A DNA stretch of 58,929 nt, filler included, from an uncultured bacterium (GCA_964637655.1; 4 parts of 4 records of this genome joined end to end with filler, not necessarily neighbours in it); one strand, 5' to 3'. Shown: positions 21,303-33,567, counted from the first letter of the whole stretch. Notes: a model not told the origin generated them from the sequence alone. Program-made: numbers and translations.

Positions 21303-22640
21303 TCAGTCGTTCGGCTGCCGGCGCGCCCACATCTGCGGGGCCAGTTCGCGCGACTTGGCCGCGATCGCCTGCTCGTCCAGCGACACGATCTTCTTGCCTT
21401 CCATCAGCACCTTCCCCGAGGCGATGGTCGTGTCGACGGTGGCGTCAACCATGCCGAAGATAAGGTGCCCGAGGAAATTGTCCGAGCCGAAGGGAGTCGG
21501 CGGAATGTAGTCGACCATGATGATGTCCGCCGCGCAGCCCGCCGCCAGTTCGCCGACCTTCACGCGGAAGTGGCGGTTGGCAATGGCGCGGTTGTTGCCG
21601 AGCAGCAGCTGCGGCGCCTCGCAGAAGGCAACGCGCGGATCGCGCTGGTCGTGGCGGTGCAGCAGGTAGGCGCAGCGCATCTGCGCCGGCATATCCGAGG
21701 CCATGCCGTCGGTGCCGAGTCCGACCAGCACTCCCTTCTTGAGCATGGTCAGCACCCTGGCGCAGCCGACCGCGTTGTTCATGTTCGACTCGGGGTTGTG
21801 CACCGCCGCGGTCTTCGTCGCCGCGAGAATCTCCATTTCCTTTTCGCTGATGTGGATGCAGTGGACGAAGATGGAGTTTTCGCCCGTCACGCCGAACTGG
21901 TGAAAGCGCTCGACCACGCCCATGCCGTAATTTTTCATGCTGTGGTCGACATCGGCCTTGTCCTCGGCGACGTGCGTATGGAAGCCCGCGCCCAGCGCCT
22001 TCGCCTCGGCGGCGCAGCGCTCGAGGGTCTTGTCGCCCACGGTGAACGAGGCGTGCAGGCCGAAGAGCGCCGCCAGCTGCGGATCCTTCTCCGCGTTGCA
22101 GCGCTTGATGAAGCGGATGTTTTCCTCGACACCGCCGCCCGCGACGTTGCGGTCGGAGACCTCGTAGCAGAGCGAGGCGCGCACACCCGCCTGCTTCACC
22201 GTTTCAGCAATAACGTCGAGCGAGCCCTCGCGGCAGGACGGGCCGGCATGATGGTCGATGATGGTGGTCGTGCCGTTGCGGATGCATTCCGCCAGCGGGA
22301 TGAGCGCGCTGTAGCGCACGTCGTCCATGTTCAGCGCGCAGTCGACCTTCCACCAGAGGCGCTCGAGGACTTCCGTGAAATTCGACGCCGGGGTGCCGGG
22401 GATCCCCATGCCGCGCGCCATGGTCGAGTAGAAGTGGTGGTGCGTGCAGATGTAGCCGGGCATGACAACCATGCCGTTGGCATTGCGCTTCTGTGCCTGC
22501 GGGTACTTCTTCTCCAGGTCGGCCGTTTTCCCGACTTCGACGATGGTCGCGCCGTCGTAGCAGACCGCGCCCCCCGGGATAACCGTGCTGTTGTCGCCGC
22601 CCGTGACGACCAGACCGTTGACGATGAGTTGCTGTGCCAT
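21303..22640 (-). CDS. ssnA: Putative aminohydrolase SsnA (amidohydrolase superfamily)
   Basis: HHHFYS, LWWKVD, GTTTIIDHH, GLHASFT, HNPESNMNNAVG and LGTDG. Confidence 0.88.
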   Translation of the reverse strand: MAQQLIVNGLVVTGGDNSTVIPGGAVCYDGATIVEVGKTADLEKKYPQAQKRNANGMVVMPGYICTHHHFYSTMARGMGIPGTPASNFTEVLERLWWKVDCALNMDDVRYSALIPLAECIRNGTTTIIDHHAGPSCREGSLDVIAETVKQAGVRASLCYEVSDRNVAGGGVEENIRFIKRCNAEKDPQLAALFGLHASFTVGDKTLERCAAEAKALGAGFHTHVAEDKADVDHSMKNYGMGVVERFHQFGVTGENSIFVHCIHISEKEMEILAATKTAAVHNPESNMNNAVGCARVLTMLKKGVLVGLGTDGMASDMPAQMRCAYLLHRHDQRDPRVAFCEAPQLLLGNNRAIANRHFRVKVGELAAGCAADIIMVDYIPPTPFGSDNFLGHLIFGMVDATVDTTIASGKVLMEGKKIVSLDEQAIAAKSRELAPQMWARRQPND

Positions 22641-22720
22641 GACACACTCTCCTTATACCGGGGTTGAGCCGGGGTTGTGGTGTAAGCGTCCGTTTACGCG
22701 CACCCAATTATTTATACGGC

Positions 22721-22749
22721 AAATTACCATACCCCGCGAGGGGTGTCAA
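22721..22749 (-). promoter_or_regulatory. Sigma70-type promoter for the ssnA-def-fmt operon
   Basis: Minus strand TTGACA-17 nt-TAATTT with a TG extension. Confidence 0.6.
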
Positions 22750-22783
22750 AACAACTGAGAGTAGATTTGTTGTAGAGTTTGCA

Positions 22784-23722
22784 TCACATGCCTTCTCTGC
22801 AATAAAAAAAATCTCCAACAACTCCCTCAGTATTTATTGTGTTAAAACTCGGCATATCGGTTTGGTTGAAAACTTCCATTTTTAAATCTGAATTTCCAGT
22901 ATTAGTCGGATCACCGAAAGTCATCTTTGCCCAATTGAACGAGATTTTCGACGCTCCATCCTCGCCAGTAAGCTCGCACGTATATCCGCACCTAAAAACA
23001 GCGCTAATTGAACCATTTTCATACATCATGACAGGCGAAGCCAATTCAAGGGGAAGAGATATTCCGTGTTTCTCAAATATCACATACACACTGCTTCTCC
23101 GTTCAAAAACAATGTTGCCTGTCACTCTGGCAGCGTTCCTCGATAGTGTATGCCATTTGCCCGCAAACACATCTATGTTATCAACGCTTACTTCTCTAGC
23201 ACCAGATTCAACTTGTGGCTCTACACGACGTTGGCTTAGATCATAATCGCTATGTGAAGAACGAGAAAAGCCAGCTCCTCCAGCTTTCTCTGCTACGATC
23301 CTTAGCTCTTCGTTGATTTCGGAAGAATACGCCCCTATCTCATGATTTATGCTATGTAACTGGATTAAAAATATCACGCCGCTTGCAATTTCGTAATCGG
23401 AAATTGTTTGTCGTCGTGCATATGCATGAATGGTTTCTTCCAAGGAGAATCCCCCATCGCTAAACAATTTATCAAGCAAATCATAAAGAATCATAGCTTT
23501 CTTTGTTTTGTCCTCATTTGACACAACCGATTTGCAGGTTTCATAGAAATACCTCCGATTCTGTTCAAATGATTTTTCTAACGATAACACATGGTCAACA
23601 TTACTAAAATCCGCCGCTGGTTTCGAAAAAATAGCAACTCCGCGAGAAAAATCGCGAATTGCAAAAACAATCAACGCAACAAATGCACAAACCTTTACTA
23701 TGGAAAATATTGTTTTCTTCAT
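22784..23722 (-). CDS. Low-GC hypothetical protein with an N-terminal TM/signal segment
   Basis: About 312-aa ORF with an AGGAGG-like SD. AT-rich compared with the flanks. Confidence 0.6.
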   Translation of the reverse strand: MKKTIFSIVKVCAFVALIVFAIRDFSRGVAIFSKPAADFSNVDHVLSLEKSFEQNRRYFYETCKSVVSNEDKTKKAMILYDLLDKLFSDGGFSLEETIHAYARRQTISDYEIASGVIFLIQLHSINHEIGAYSSEINEELRIVAEKAGGAGFSRSSHSDYDLSQRRVEPQVESGAREVSVDNIDVFAGKWHTLSRNAARVTGNIVFERRSSVYVIFEKHGISLPLELASPVMMYENGSISAVFRCGYTCELTGEDGASKISFNWAKMTFGDPTNTGNSDLKMEVFNQTDMPSFNTINTEGVVGDFFYCREGM

Positions 23723-23788
23723 TTTTTCCCTCCTTCGATCAGATGTTGTATTCATTATAAGCAACGATTAGGCTTCGTGAATTTACAG

Positions 23789-24389
23789 TCATATACGGTA
23801 GTAGTACATAACGATTTTACGGGATATTTCAGGCGCCCACGCCACCTTTGTCTTGCTATCTCGAAATATTTCGTCCAATAGACTTTTCTTTTCATCAACC
23901 CACGAATCTCCTTTTTTTCTTGTCCGATGCTGGAAAATCGCCAATATTTCTCCTTTTTTCAGTTCATCCCGAATCATTAATATTTCAGAAGGAATAACAT
24001 GGGATAGCTTTGCTCCGTTGCCGGAAGCAATTCCTGTGTCCGGGTCAAGAAAGATAATGCGACGTTTTTTACATTTGCTTCGCAATTGGTCAATTACTTT
24101 TTTTTTGGTACATTTTCCTTGTGGTTATCACATCAGGAACAAGAGCTACTTCTACGCTCGATCTAACTCCACAAATATTGCGCAAATCCTTTTCATCAGA
24201 AAAATGAGTAACGATTTCATCGGGAATTTGTCTTTTCGTCTTGTCGATTTCTAGATAGAATTTTTTCCGTTCAGCTTGTCGATAGTATGCAACTTGAATG
24301 ATAATTTCCTTCCGATATTTTTTAGCAAGACTGAATAGAATTCCCCACTTGACGATATCAAGATCATCGCCGTACCATTTATTCTGCAT
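23789..24389 (-). pseudogene. Hypothetical gene split by a frameshift in an A9 tract
   Basis: ORFs 24090-24389 and 23789-24085 fuse if one A is removed from the A9 run at 24098-24106. MQNKWYGD...IFLDPDTG resembles a widespread hypothetical family. Confidence 0.7.
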
Positions 24390-24464
24390 TGTCCTATACC
24401 TTCCAACACCGTGTCGTGATCACCGCCAGATGCGGTTCAATTGCCGGAAACGACTGTCTGATTT

Positions 24465-24710
24465 TCATGAAGTTTCTCTCATGTGGCAACTGCGTTGCCC
24501 TGCCGCAGAATCCCGGTCTCCGGCAATGGTTTTCCTGATCCCGCTTCCTGTCTCGCGCAGGCGCTTTTCCGCCTCGCGTTGCCATGCCCGGTCATTCGCC
24601 GCTGTCACCCCGTGCAGCGAACGCAGCACATGGTCAACCATGGCCATTTGCTGATCGAGCGGCAACGATTCAACTTCCTGCAGCAGCGCCTGCATACGTG
24701 TCATGGGCAT
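24465..24710 (-). CDS. Putative addiction-module antitoxin component
   Basis: SLPLDQQMAMVDHVLRSL...AWQREAEKRLRE..SG...I pattern. Confidence 0.65.
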   Translation of the reverse strand: MPMTRMQALLQEVESLPLDQQMAMVDHVLRSLHGVTAANDRAWQREAEKRLRETGSGIRKTIAGDRDSAAGQRSCHMRETS

Positions 24711-24809
24711 CCTCCATCAGCGCAATGGTAGCAAATCCGTACACCTGCCGCAACGCTTGCAACCAAGCAACGCGTAGCAGGTCCACCTGCACATGTACGG
24801 CACGGCACG

Positions 24810-25193
24810 TCATACTGCAAGCGCCAATCGGCACCAGCGGCGCAGGTCGCTGCTGCCCCACGGCGGAAAACTCACCCAGCCGGGGCCGAGGTCAGTGGCG
24901 TCCGTGCCGCCATCCGCCAGCGCCTCCGGCAGCACCGCCAGCGGCAGGCGAAACGCCAGACCGCTTTGCCCGTAGGCGATGGCGAAGATGCGGTTGTCCG
25001 CGGTGTGCAGAACGACATACGCATAGGCGGCCGGATCGGGACAATACTGCCGCACACCGCCCAGCCCGCGGGCGGCATCATGCAGCACAGAAGCCACATC
25101 GTCATGCGCGGAGAGAGTCGGGTGCTTGAGGATGAAGTCGACGATGTCCGCATTCTCCGGAATGCGAAAACAGCCGGCAACAGACCAGGGCAT
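24810..25193 (-). CDS. Hypothetical protein
   Basis: 127-aa ORF translationally coupled (TGATG) to the upstream gene. Confidence 0.6.
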   Translation of the reverse strand: MPWSVAGCFRIPENADIVDFILKHPTLSAHDDVASVLHDAARGLGGVRQYCPDPAAYAYVVLHTADNRIFAIAYGQSGLAFRLPLAVLPEALADGGTDATDLGPGWVSFPPWGSSDLRRWCRLALAV

Positions 25194-25558
25194 CAGACGG
25201 GATACCGGGCGAGGCGGGTGGCGACGTAGTCGCTCAGGTCAGCGGGAAGTTTTTCCGCCTGCGCGGTGAAGCGCGCGCGTACGGTTTCTTTCGGAAAGGC
25301 GCCGTCAGCCACGAGGATCGGCGTCGCCTTGTAGGGAAGGTCGGGGCTTTCACCGTCGTCGACCGCCATGTGGGTGAAACCCGTCGCCTCTTCCCAGGTG
25401 ATGGCATGTTCGCTGGTCGAGCGGTTGTAGCAGAGCTGGAACCCGTCCGGCGCGCCGGCGGCATTCAGCCAGACGATGAGGTCCATATCGTCGGAACGAA
25501 ACCAGCGACGGCGGCGTTCACCCGGTATCTGACGGGTCCACCGCACTTCCTGAAGCAT
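25193..25558 (-). CDS. Hypothetical protein
   Basis: RQIPGERRRRWF...DLIVW...GFQLCY; SD and promoter upstream. Confidence 0.75.
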   Translation of the reverse strand: MLQEVRWTRQIPGERRRRWFRSDDMDLIVWLNAAGAPDGFQLCYNRSTSEHAITWEEATGFTHMAVDDGESPDLPYKATPILVADGAFPKETVRARFTAQAEKLPADLSDYVATRLARYPV

Positions 25559-25580
25559 GAGCGCACCTCTCCCTGGCGGG

Positions 25581-25609
25581 AGTATACGGGGCGCGTAAAA
25601 GACTGTCAA
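25581..25609 (-). promoter_or_regulatory. Sigma70-type promoter
   Basis: Minus strand TTGACA-17 nt-TATACT. Confidence 0.7.
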
Positions 25610-25616
25610 GGATTGA

Positions 25617-25799
25617 TCAGGTGGTCGGTGGTTGCTGACGGCGGCGGGCGAGTTCGGCTTCGAGGATTTTGCGCATGTCGCGCAGGCGGCGCGAGAACAT
25701 CCCGTCCAGCGCCTGCGGTTCGAGGCGCAGCAGGACATCGGTCAGGGCCTTGAGTTCCGCCTGCGGCTCCATGCTGTTCTTATCGGCCGGTTCGGGCAT
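25617..25799 (-). CDS. Small hypothetical protein
   Basis: 60-aa ORF with GC3-rich codons between a terminator and a promoter. Confidence 0.45.
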   Translation of the reverse strand: MPEPADKNSMEPQAELKALTDVLLRLEPQALDGMFSRRLRDMRKILEAELARRRQQPPTT

Positions 25800-25805
25800 A
25801 AACTG

Positions 25806-25836
25806 AAAAACGGGGGCGGCAGACCGCCGCCCCCGT
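25806..25836 (-). terminator. Intrinsic terminator after the FecR-GspG gene
   Basis: ACGGGGGCGGC/GCCGCCCCCGT stem followed by a T run on the minus strand. Confidence 0.7.
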
Positions 25837-25851
25837 CCCTTTCGTCAGGTG

Positions 25852-26727
25852 CTACTGCGTGATGATGACATCATCACCGTTGCCGGGGATCCCGTCCTCA
25901 CCCATCGAGGCGAGGAAGTACTTGTTGTTCCCCGTGCGGCGGTAGATGTACGGGCGGCCGAACATGTCGTTCTTTTCGCTGCCATAGAGTTCCACCAGCG
26001 ACTCGGGATAGCGCCCGTCATGCGTAGCGGCAAACGCCTCGATATCGGTGCGGAAGGTGGTCGCCGTCTGGGTGACGTTGGCCATGGCGCGTGCCGCGTT
26101 GACCACGTCGTTGAAGTTGAGGTAGCCGCACGGGCGCAGGCGGTGCCGCTGCCGCTCGGTCATCTCCCGGACATTGGTCGCCGGGCGGTCCCGGTAGATG
26201 CTGATGATCTGGTCGTTGGTCAACGTCCGCTCCTGGTCGCCGAACTTCACCACCACCGACCCTTCCATAACGCTGACCTCCGCCCCCTCCGCGGTGGCAT
26301 GCACGCCGAAACGCGTACCGCGCACGCCGCAGACCGCGGTTGCCGTGCGCACCTGGTAATTCGAGCCCTCGGGCAACGCGTCCACGCGGTTGAGAATCTC
26401 CCCCTGCTTGAGGTCGAGCCCGATGGCATACGTGCTGTTGAACCGGTTCTGCCCCAGTTCACTGACCGTCGCCTCGGCATTCCCGCCGACGCGCGCCTGC
26501 ACGTTTTCCTTCAGTTCGACCACCACCTGTGCCCCGTCCTGTGTGCGGATGGTCGTCCCGGCCGGCACGGTCATCCCCGCAGTCACCGCCTGCTCGCGCC
26601 CGTTGATGACCGCCGTCGCCGTGCCGCTGACCGACGCGACCCTGCCGTCAACCGCCTTGAGGCGGAACATATAGGCCGCACCTGCCACCACCACGATGAC
26701 CAGCAGCAATTTCACCATGTTGTTCAT
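25852..26727 (-). CDS. FecR-domain protein with a C-terminal GspG-like pseudopilin domain
   Basis: N-terminal TM. FecR motif VRTATAVCGVRGTRF. C-terminus GRYPESL...DMFGRPYIY...LASMGEDGIPGNGDD. Confidence 0.7.
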   Translation of the reverse strand: MNNMVKLLLVIVVVAGAAYMFRLKAVDGRVASVSGTATAVINGREQAVTAGMTVPAGTTIRTQDGAQVVVELKENVQARVGGNAEATVSELGQNRFNSTYAIGLDLKQGEILNRVDALPEGSNYQVRTATAVCGVRGTRFGVHATAEGAEVSVMEGSVVVKFGDQERTLTNDQIISIYRDRPATNVREMTERQRHRLRPCGYLNFNDVVNAARAMANVTQTATTFRTDIEAFAATHDGRYPESLVELYGSEKNDMFGRPYIYRRTGNNKYFLASMGEDGIPGNGDDVIITQ

Positions 26728-26859
26728 TGTTCTCCTCCTTCAATCTGCCTTCACTCAGTCAATTTTGCAAATAGCGTACCATACCCGGGGTAAAAAAACG
26801 ACCGATATTGCAGTGAATCAGCTGCTGCCGCGCCCGGTCTGCCGGAACAGTGAAAAAAA

Positions 26860-27969
26860 CTATCGGGACACCAGCGGCAGCAGCAGCGCTTCGGTGTTTT
26901 CCACCATGGTATCCTCGGCGTAGCCGTTGCACATGGTTTCGCGGACGCGCGCGCCCAGATCGGGTTCATCCGGCAGGCGCACCAGCAGCCGCTGCAGCGC
27001 TGCCGCCAGTGCCGCCGGATCGCGCGGTGGCGCCACCTCGCCCAGCGTGCCGACGAGGCGGGCGCTGTCGCCGACATCCGTCACCACGCAGGGAATGCCG
27101 CAGGCCATCGCCTCCCCGACAACGTTGGGAAACCCCTCGCCGAATGCCGAGGGGAGACAGAGCAGGTCGAACGCGTTATACGCGGCGACCATGTCCGCCC
27201 CGGCCTGTTCCCAGAGTACACGGTCAGCAACGTTCAGGGAGGCGGCCAGTGCCTGCAGCTCCGCGCGCGCCGTGTCCGTGCCGTCGCCGATAATAACCGC
27301 GCGCGCCGCGGGCACCTGTGCCAGTGCGCGCAGAAACGTCGCGTGATCCTTCATCGGGTCAAGACGCCCGACCACCCCGATAAGCGGGCAGCCATCCCCT
27401 CCCCAGCGCCGGCGATACTGCTCACCCCGGGCGCGGTCGATGACGAAGCGCGCGGTGGCGATGCCGTTGGGCACCACCCGCAGGCGGCCGGCGGGATACC
27501 CTCGTGCAACGTGATAGGCGGCCCCGGCATGGGCGTTGGCGATCATCAGGTCGGGCACCCGCGCGAGAAGCGCCTCACTGCGATAGGCAAGCGCGATACC
27601 ACGGTCGTAGCAGGCGGTATCCATGTCGGACGCACGGATGCCCCAGACCACGGGAATGCCGAGTAGCGGCTTCACCAGTGCCGCCATGATATTCGGCACC
27701 ACGAGATAACTGTGCAGCAGGTCGGGCCGCCAGGCACGCACCATGCGCACGAGACGGACCAGAAACGCCGCGGTATCCCAACGCCCGCGCTTGTCGAGGG
27801 AGAGAGCTTCTATGCCGTCCTCCGCCAGTTCCGCACGCAGCCCTCCTTCCGGGTAGAAGAGCGCCACAGCCACCGTATGTCCGCGCCGCCTGAGCCCGCG
27901 CGCAAGCACCGTCAACTGCCGCTCCGCCCCGCCGTAGTTGAGCGACCGGGCAAGGAAGAGGATGCGCAT
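26860..27969 (-). CDS. Glycosyltransferase family 4
   Basis: GGAERQL, GRLDPMKDH and EGFPNVVGEAMACG motifs. Confidence 0.92.
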   Translation of the reverse strand: MRILFLARSLNYGGAERQLTVLARGLRRRGHTVAVALFYPEGGLRAELAEDGIEALSLDKRGRWDTAAFLVRLVRMVRAWRPDLLHSYLVVPNIMAALVKPLLGIPVVWGIRASDMDTACYDRGIALAYRSEALLARVPDLMIANAHAGAAYHVARGYPAGRLRVVPNGIATARFVIDRARGEQYRRRWGGDGCPLIGVVGRLDPMKDHATFLRALAQVPAARAVIIGDGTDTARAELQALAASLNVADRVLWEQAGADMVAAYNAFDLLCLPSAFGEGFPNVVGEAMACGIPCVVTDVGDSARLVGTLGEVAPPRDPAALAAALQRLLVRLPDEPDLGARVRETMCNGYAEDTMVENTEALLLPLVSR

Positions 27970-28374
27970 CAGTAGTTCGGGCAGCCGCAACAGACCGCTG
28001 TATCGCGGACTGCCGCGCCGCGCCGCCGGAGTTCGCGCATCAGTATTTCGGGCAGCCGCGGCAGGCCGCTTTGCGCGCGGACTGCCGCGCCGCGCCGCCG
28101 GAGTTCACGCATCAGTATTTCGGGCAGCCGCGGCAGACCGCTTTGTTNNNNNNNNNNNNNNNNNNNNNNNNNNNNNNNNNNNNNNNNNNNNNNNNNNNNN
28201 NNNNNNNNNNNNNNNNNNNNNNNNNNNNNNNNNNNNNNNNNNNNNNNCGCCCCGCCGCCGGAGTTCACGCATCAGTATTTCGGGCAGCCGCGGCAGACCG
28301 CTTTGTTCGCGGACTGCCGCGCCCCGCCGCCGGAGTTCACGCATCAGTATTTCGGGCAGCCGCGGCAGACCGCT
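27966..28374. repeat. 72-bp tandem repeat spanning an assembly gap
   Basis: GCATCAGTATTTCGGGCAGCCGCGGCAGACCGCT recurs at 27966 and 28037 (both variant), 28109, 28269 and 28341; period 71-72. Confidence 0.9.
28148..28247. other. Scaffold gap (100 N)
   Basis: N run inside the tandem repeat. Confidence 0.97.
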
Positions 28375-29360
28375 GGCATAACGCGGTCAAACCCGGCACG
28401 GAAGGCACGGAAGGCCTCGCTGTTCCACAATTCGGCAAACGGGCGTTCGAACACGTTGCCGAAATTGAGTTTCGTCGCATCACCAATGGTGCAGCACGGC
28501 ACGAGGTACCCCTCGGCGGTGATATAGGGATGTTCCCACGGCTCACAGCAGTGCGCGCGCTTCGCCCGACGGCGGCGAAAACGGTCGAAGTTGACGAACT
28601 GGACGGTCGCCCCGTCCTGCGTCGACGCCCAGTCCCGCAAGCGGTCGAACTCCGCCCGGTCAATGCGTTCTGCGGCAAATGCCGCGTCGCAGATAAGCAG
28701 GTCCTGCAGGACGAAAGCGTGCACGCCAAGCGCACGCCCCCAGGCGACAATGGCGGGGAATTCCGCCGCCCCGGTCCGCGTCGCCACCGTGCGCAGCATC
28801 ACCCGCGGGTTGCCCGCCGCCTGCGCTGCCGTCGCCAGGTTGCCCACCCCCTCGGTCAGCCGCGCAAGGGTCGATCCCGGGCGCAGTTTCAGGTATTCCG
28901 CTTCGCTGACCGAATCGACTGACACCGAAACGAGATCGGTACCCGCCGCGGCGATGGCGCGGCAGGTTTCCTCTGTCAGCAATGTTCCGTTGGTGTTGAA
29001 TTCGACCTTGAGCCCGCGTCCCTTAGCCAGGCGCACGATATCGGGCAGTTCGCGGTTGAGCAGCGGTTCGCCGATTCCCTGCACCACCAGCCATTCGAGC
29101 AGCGGGAACTGGTCGAGGATGCCCGCCATCTCCGCCGCGGTCAGATCGCGGTTGCGGCCGGCAATCTGCTGTTCAATACTGCGCTGGCAGAACGGGCAGC
29201 GGAGGTTGCAGCGGGTGGTCGTCTCCACGACGAGGTAATGCGGCTGTGAATGCGCCCGGCCGCCGCGCACGACACGGTCGACCGCCATTCCCGCCGCGTC
29301 AGCGACGCCGGCGGGGCCGAAGTGCCGTCCCAGTTCAACCACCCGTTGCAGTTTGCCCAT
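28344..29360 (-). CDS. Radical SAM protein with a SPASM/twitch domain
   Basis: CNLRCPFC, GIGEPLL, NTNG, CCEPW, PCC and C-terminal CRGCP. Confidence 0.9.
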   Translation of the reverse strand: MGKLQRVVELGRHFGPAGVADAAGMAVDRVVRGGRAHSQPHYLVVETTTRCNLRCPFCQRSIEQQIAGRNRDLTAAEMAGILDQFPLLEWLVVQGIGEPLLNRELPDIVRLAKGRGLKVEFNTNGTLLTEETCRAIAAAGTDLVSVSVDSVSEAEYLKLRPGSTLARLTEGVGNLATAAQAAGNPRVMLRTVATRTGAAEFPAIVAWGRALGVHAFVLQDLLICDAAFAAERIDRAEFDRLRDWASTQDGATVQFVNFDRFRRRRAKRAHCCEPWEHPYITAEGYLVPCCTIGDATKLNFGNVFERPFAELWNSEAFRAFRAGFDRVMPAVCRGCPKY

Positions 29361-29450
29361 GCCTGTTCTCCGTCGCGGCAGTATAGCAGAATGCGGCCAG
29401 ACCCGCTACCGCCGTTGACGCCGCGGTGCCGCTGTGATAGCGTGCCGCAC

Positions 29451-29642
29451 ATGACCCTGCGCCTGAAGGCTGATTTCGCCACCTGGCTGCATACCCTGCG
29501 CGCCCGGCAGATACGCGCGCTGTTTGCCGCCTGTCCGCCGCGCGCCTTCCCGCGCGCGCTGGAACTGGGCGCAGGCGACGGGTACGTCAGCACCCTGCTC
29601 GCCCCGTACTGCGGCGAACTGGTCAGTACCGATTATTTCCCC
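29451..29642 (+). CDS. Class I SAM-dependent methyltransferase, 3'-truncated
   Basis: ALELGAGDG motif I; runs into the linker. Confidence 0.7.
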
Positions 29643-29742
29643 NNNNNNNNNNNNNNNNNNNNNNNNNNNNNNNNNNNNNNNNNNNNTTAATTAATTAANN
29701 NNNNNNNNNNNNNNNNNNNNNNNNNNNNNNNNNNNNNNNNNN
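29643..29742. other. Artificial contig linker
   Basis: N-TTAATTAATTAA-N. Confidence 0.98.
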
Positions 29743-29759
29743 GTGGGGCCAGAAATTCA

Positions 29760-30911
29760 GTGGTAGCACCCAGGGCTACGCCTATAAGGCGCGGCTACAT
29801 CCTCACCAACAATCACGTGGTGGCTGACGCCGACCAGATCAAGGTGCGTCTCTCCAACGACCGCGAGTATCCCGCGAAAGTGGTGGGACGCGACCCGCTC
29901 AGCGAGATCGCGGTGATCAAGGTGGAGGCCAGCGACCTGCCGGTGGCGCGGCTCGGCGATTCCGACAAGCTGCGCATCGGGGAATGGGTCATTGCCATCG
30001 GCAACCCGTTCGGACTCGACCGCACGGTGACCGCGGGCATCGTCTCGGCGCTCGGGCGCTCAAATGTCGGGGTCATCGAGCAGGGGTACGAGAATTTCAT
30101 CCAGACCGACGCGGCGATCAACCCGGGGAACAGCGGCGGGCCGCTGATCAACCTCAACGGCGAGGTCATCGGGGTCAACACCGCCATTGCCACGACGACG
30201 AACAGCTACAACGGCATCGGGTTTGCCGTGCCGGCCAACGAGGCGCGGCGGGTGATGGATGACCTCATCGCGCACGGGCGGGTGACGCGCGGCTATCTCG
30301 GTGTGACCATCCAGAAACTGAATCAGAACCTGGTCGAAGAGTACGGGCTGGAGAGCGAGCAGGGAGCGCTGGTGACGGATATCGCGCCGGGCAGCCCGGC
30401 CGAGGGCAAACTGCGTGAGCAGGATGTCATCATCGCCATCAACGGCCGCGCGGTGGTCGATCCCGACGCGGTGCGCAATACCGTGGCGAACATCCGTCCC
30501 GGGGAGACGGCGACCTTCACTGTGGTGCGGCGTCGCGAGGAAATCGAGCTCAGCATCACGGTGGGGAATCGGGCCGACGCGGACGCTCCGGGCGAGGTCG
30601 AGGTGCAGGACAGCAGCGACCTGCTCGGGCTTGAGGTCGAGGAGTTGAACGACACGCTGCGGGCGAAACTGAACCTGTCCGCCAGCGTGCGCGGCGTGGT
30701 GGTCAGCCGCATCGCCGCGGATTCCTTTTTGCGCCGCTATGACCTGGCCGCCGGCGACCTGATTCTCGAAGTGAATGACACGAAGACGGCGACGCTGCGC
30801 GAGTTCCGCGCGGCGCTGGCGGGACTCAAGGCGGGCGACCGCCTGAAGCTGCGGGTGCGCAAGCCGAACGGCATGACGCTCTACCTGGCGATGCCCATCC
30901 CGCAGCGGTAG
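29760..30911 (+). CDS. HtrA/DegP-type serine protease with two PDZ domains, 5'-partial
   Basis: TNNHV, IQTDAAINPGNSGGPL and GYLGV. The N-terminus is missing at the contig edge. Confidence 0.92.
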   Translation: MVAPRATPIRRGYILTNNHVVADADQIKVRLSNDREYPAKVVGRDPLSEIAVIKVEASDLPVARLGDSDKLRIGEWVIAIGNPFGLDRTVTAGIVSALGRSNVGVIEQGYENFIQTDAAINPGNSGGPLINLNGEVIGVNTAIATTTNSYNGIGFAVPANEARRVMDDLIAHGRVTRGYLGVTIQKLNQNLVEEYGLESEQGALVTDIAPGSPAEGKLREQDVIIAINGRAVVDPDAVRNTVANIRPGETATFTVVRRREEIELSITVGNRADADAPGEVEVQDSSDLLGLEVEELNDTLRAKLNLSASVRGVVVSRIAADSFLRRYDLAAGDLILEVNDTKTATLREFRAALAGLKAGDRLKLRVRKPNGMTLYLAMPIPQR

Positions 30912-30942
30912 CGTGTGCGACTGAGGAAAGGGGGCGGTGACG

Positions 30943-33504
<2,562 letters not shown>

Positions 33505-33567
33505 GCCGGGTGGCGCGCGGCGGCGGCATATGCTACAGTCGCCGCACCATCAGGGAGGGGACGTACC

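Noticed and set aside
27966-28374. Possible CRISPR array
   Set aside because: The intervening segments are near-identical rather than unique spacers, the repeat derives from the radical SAM gene end, and no cas genes are present.
29743-29790. First ~48 bp before the HtrA GYILTNNH motif do not look like HtrA
   Set aside because: Contig-edge sequence that could be a chimeric read end or an insertion. Too short to call.
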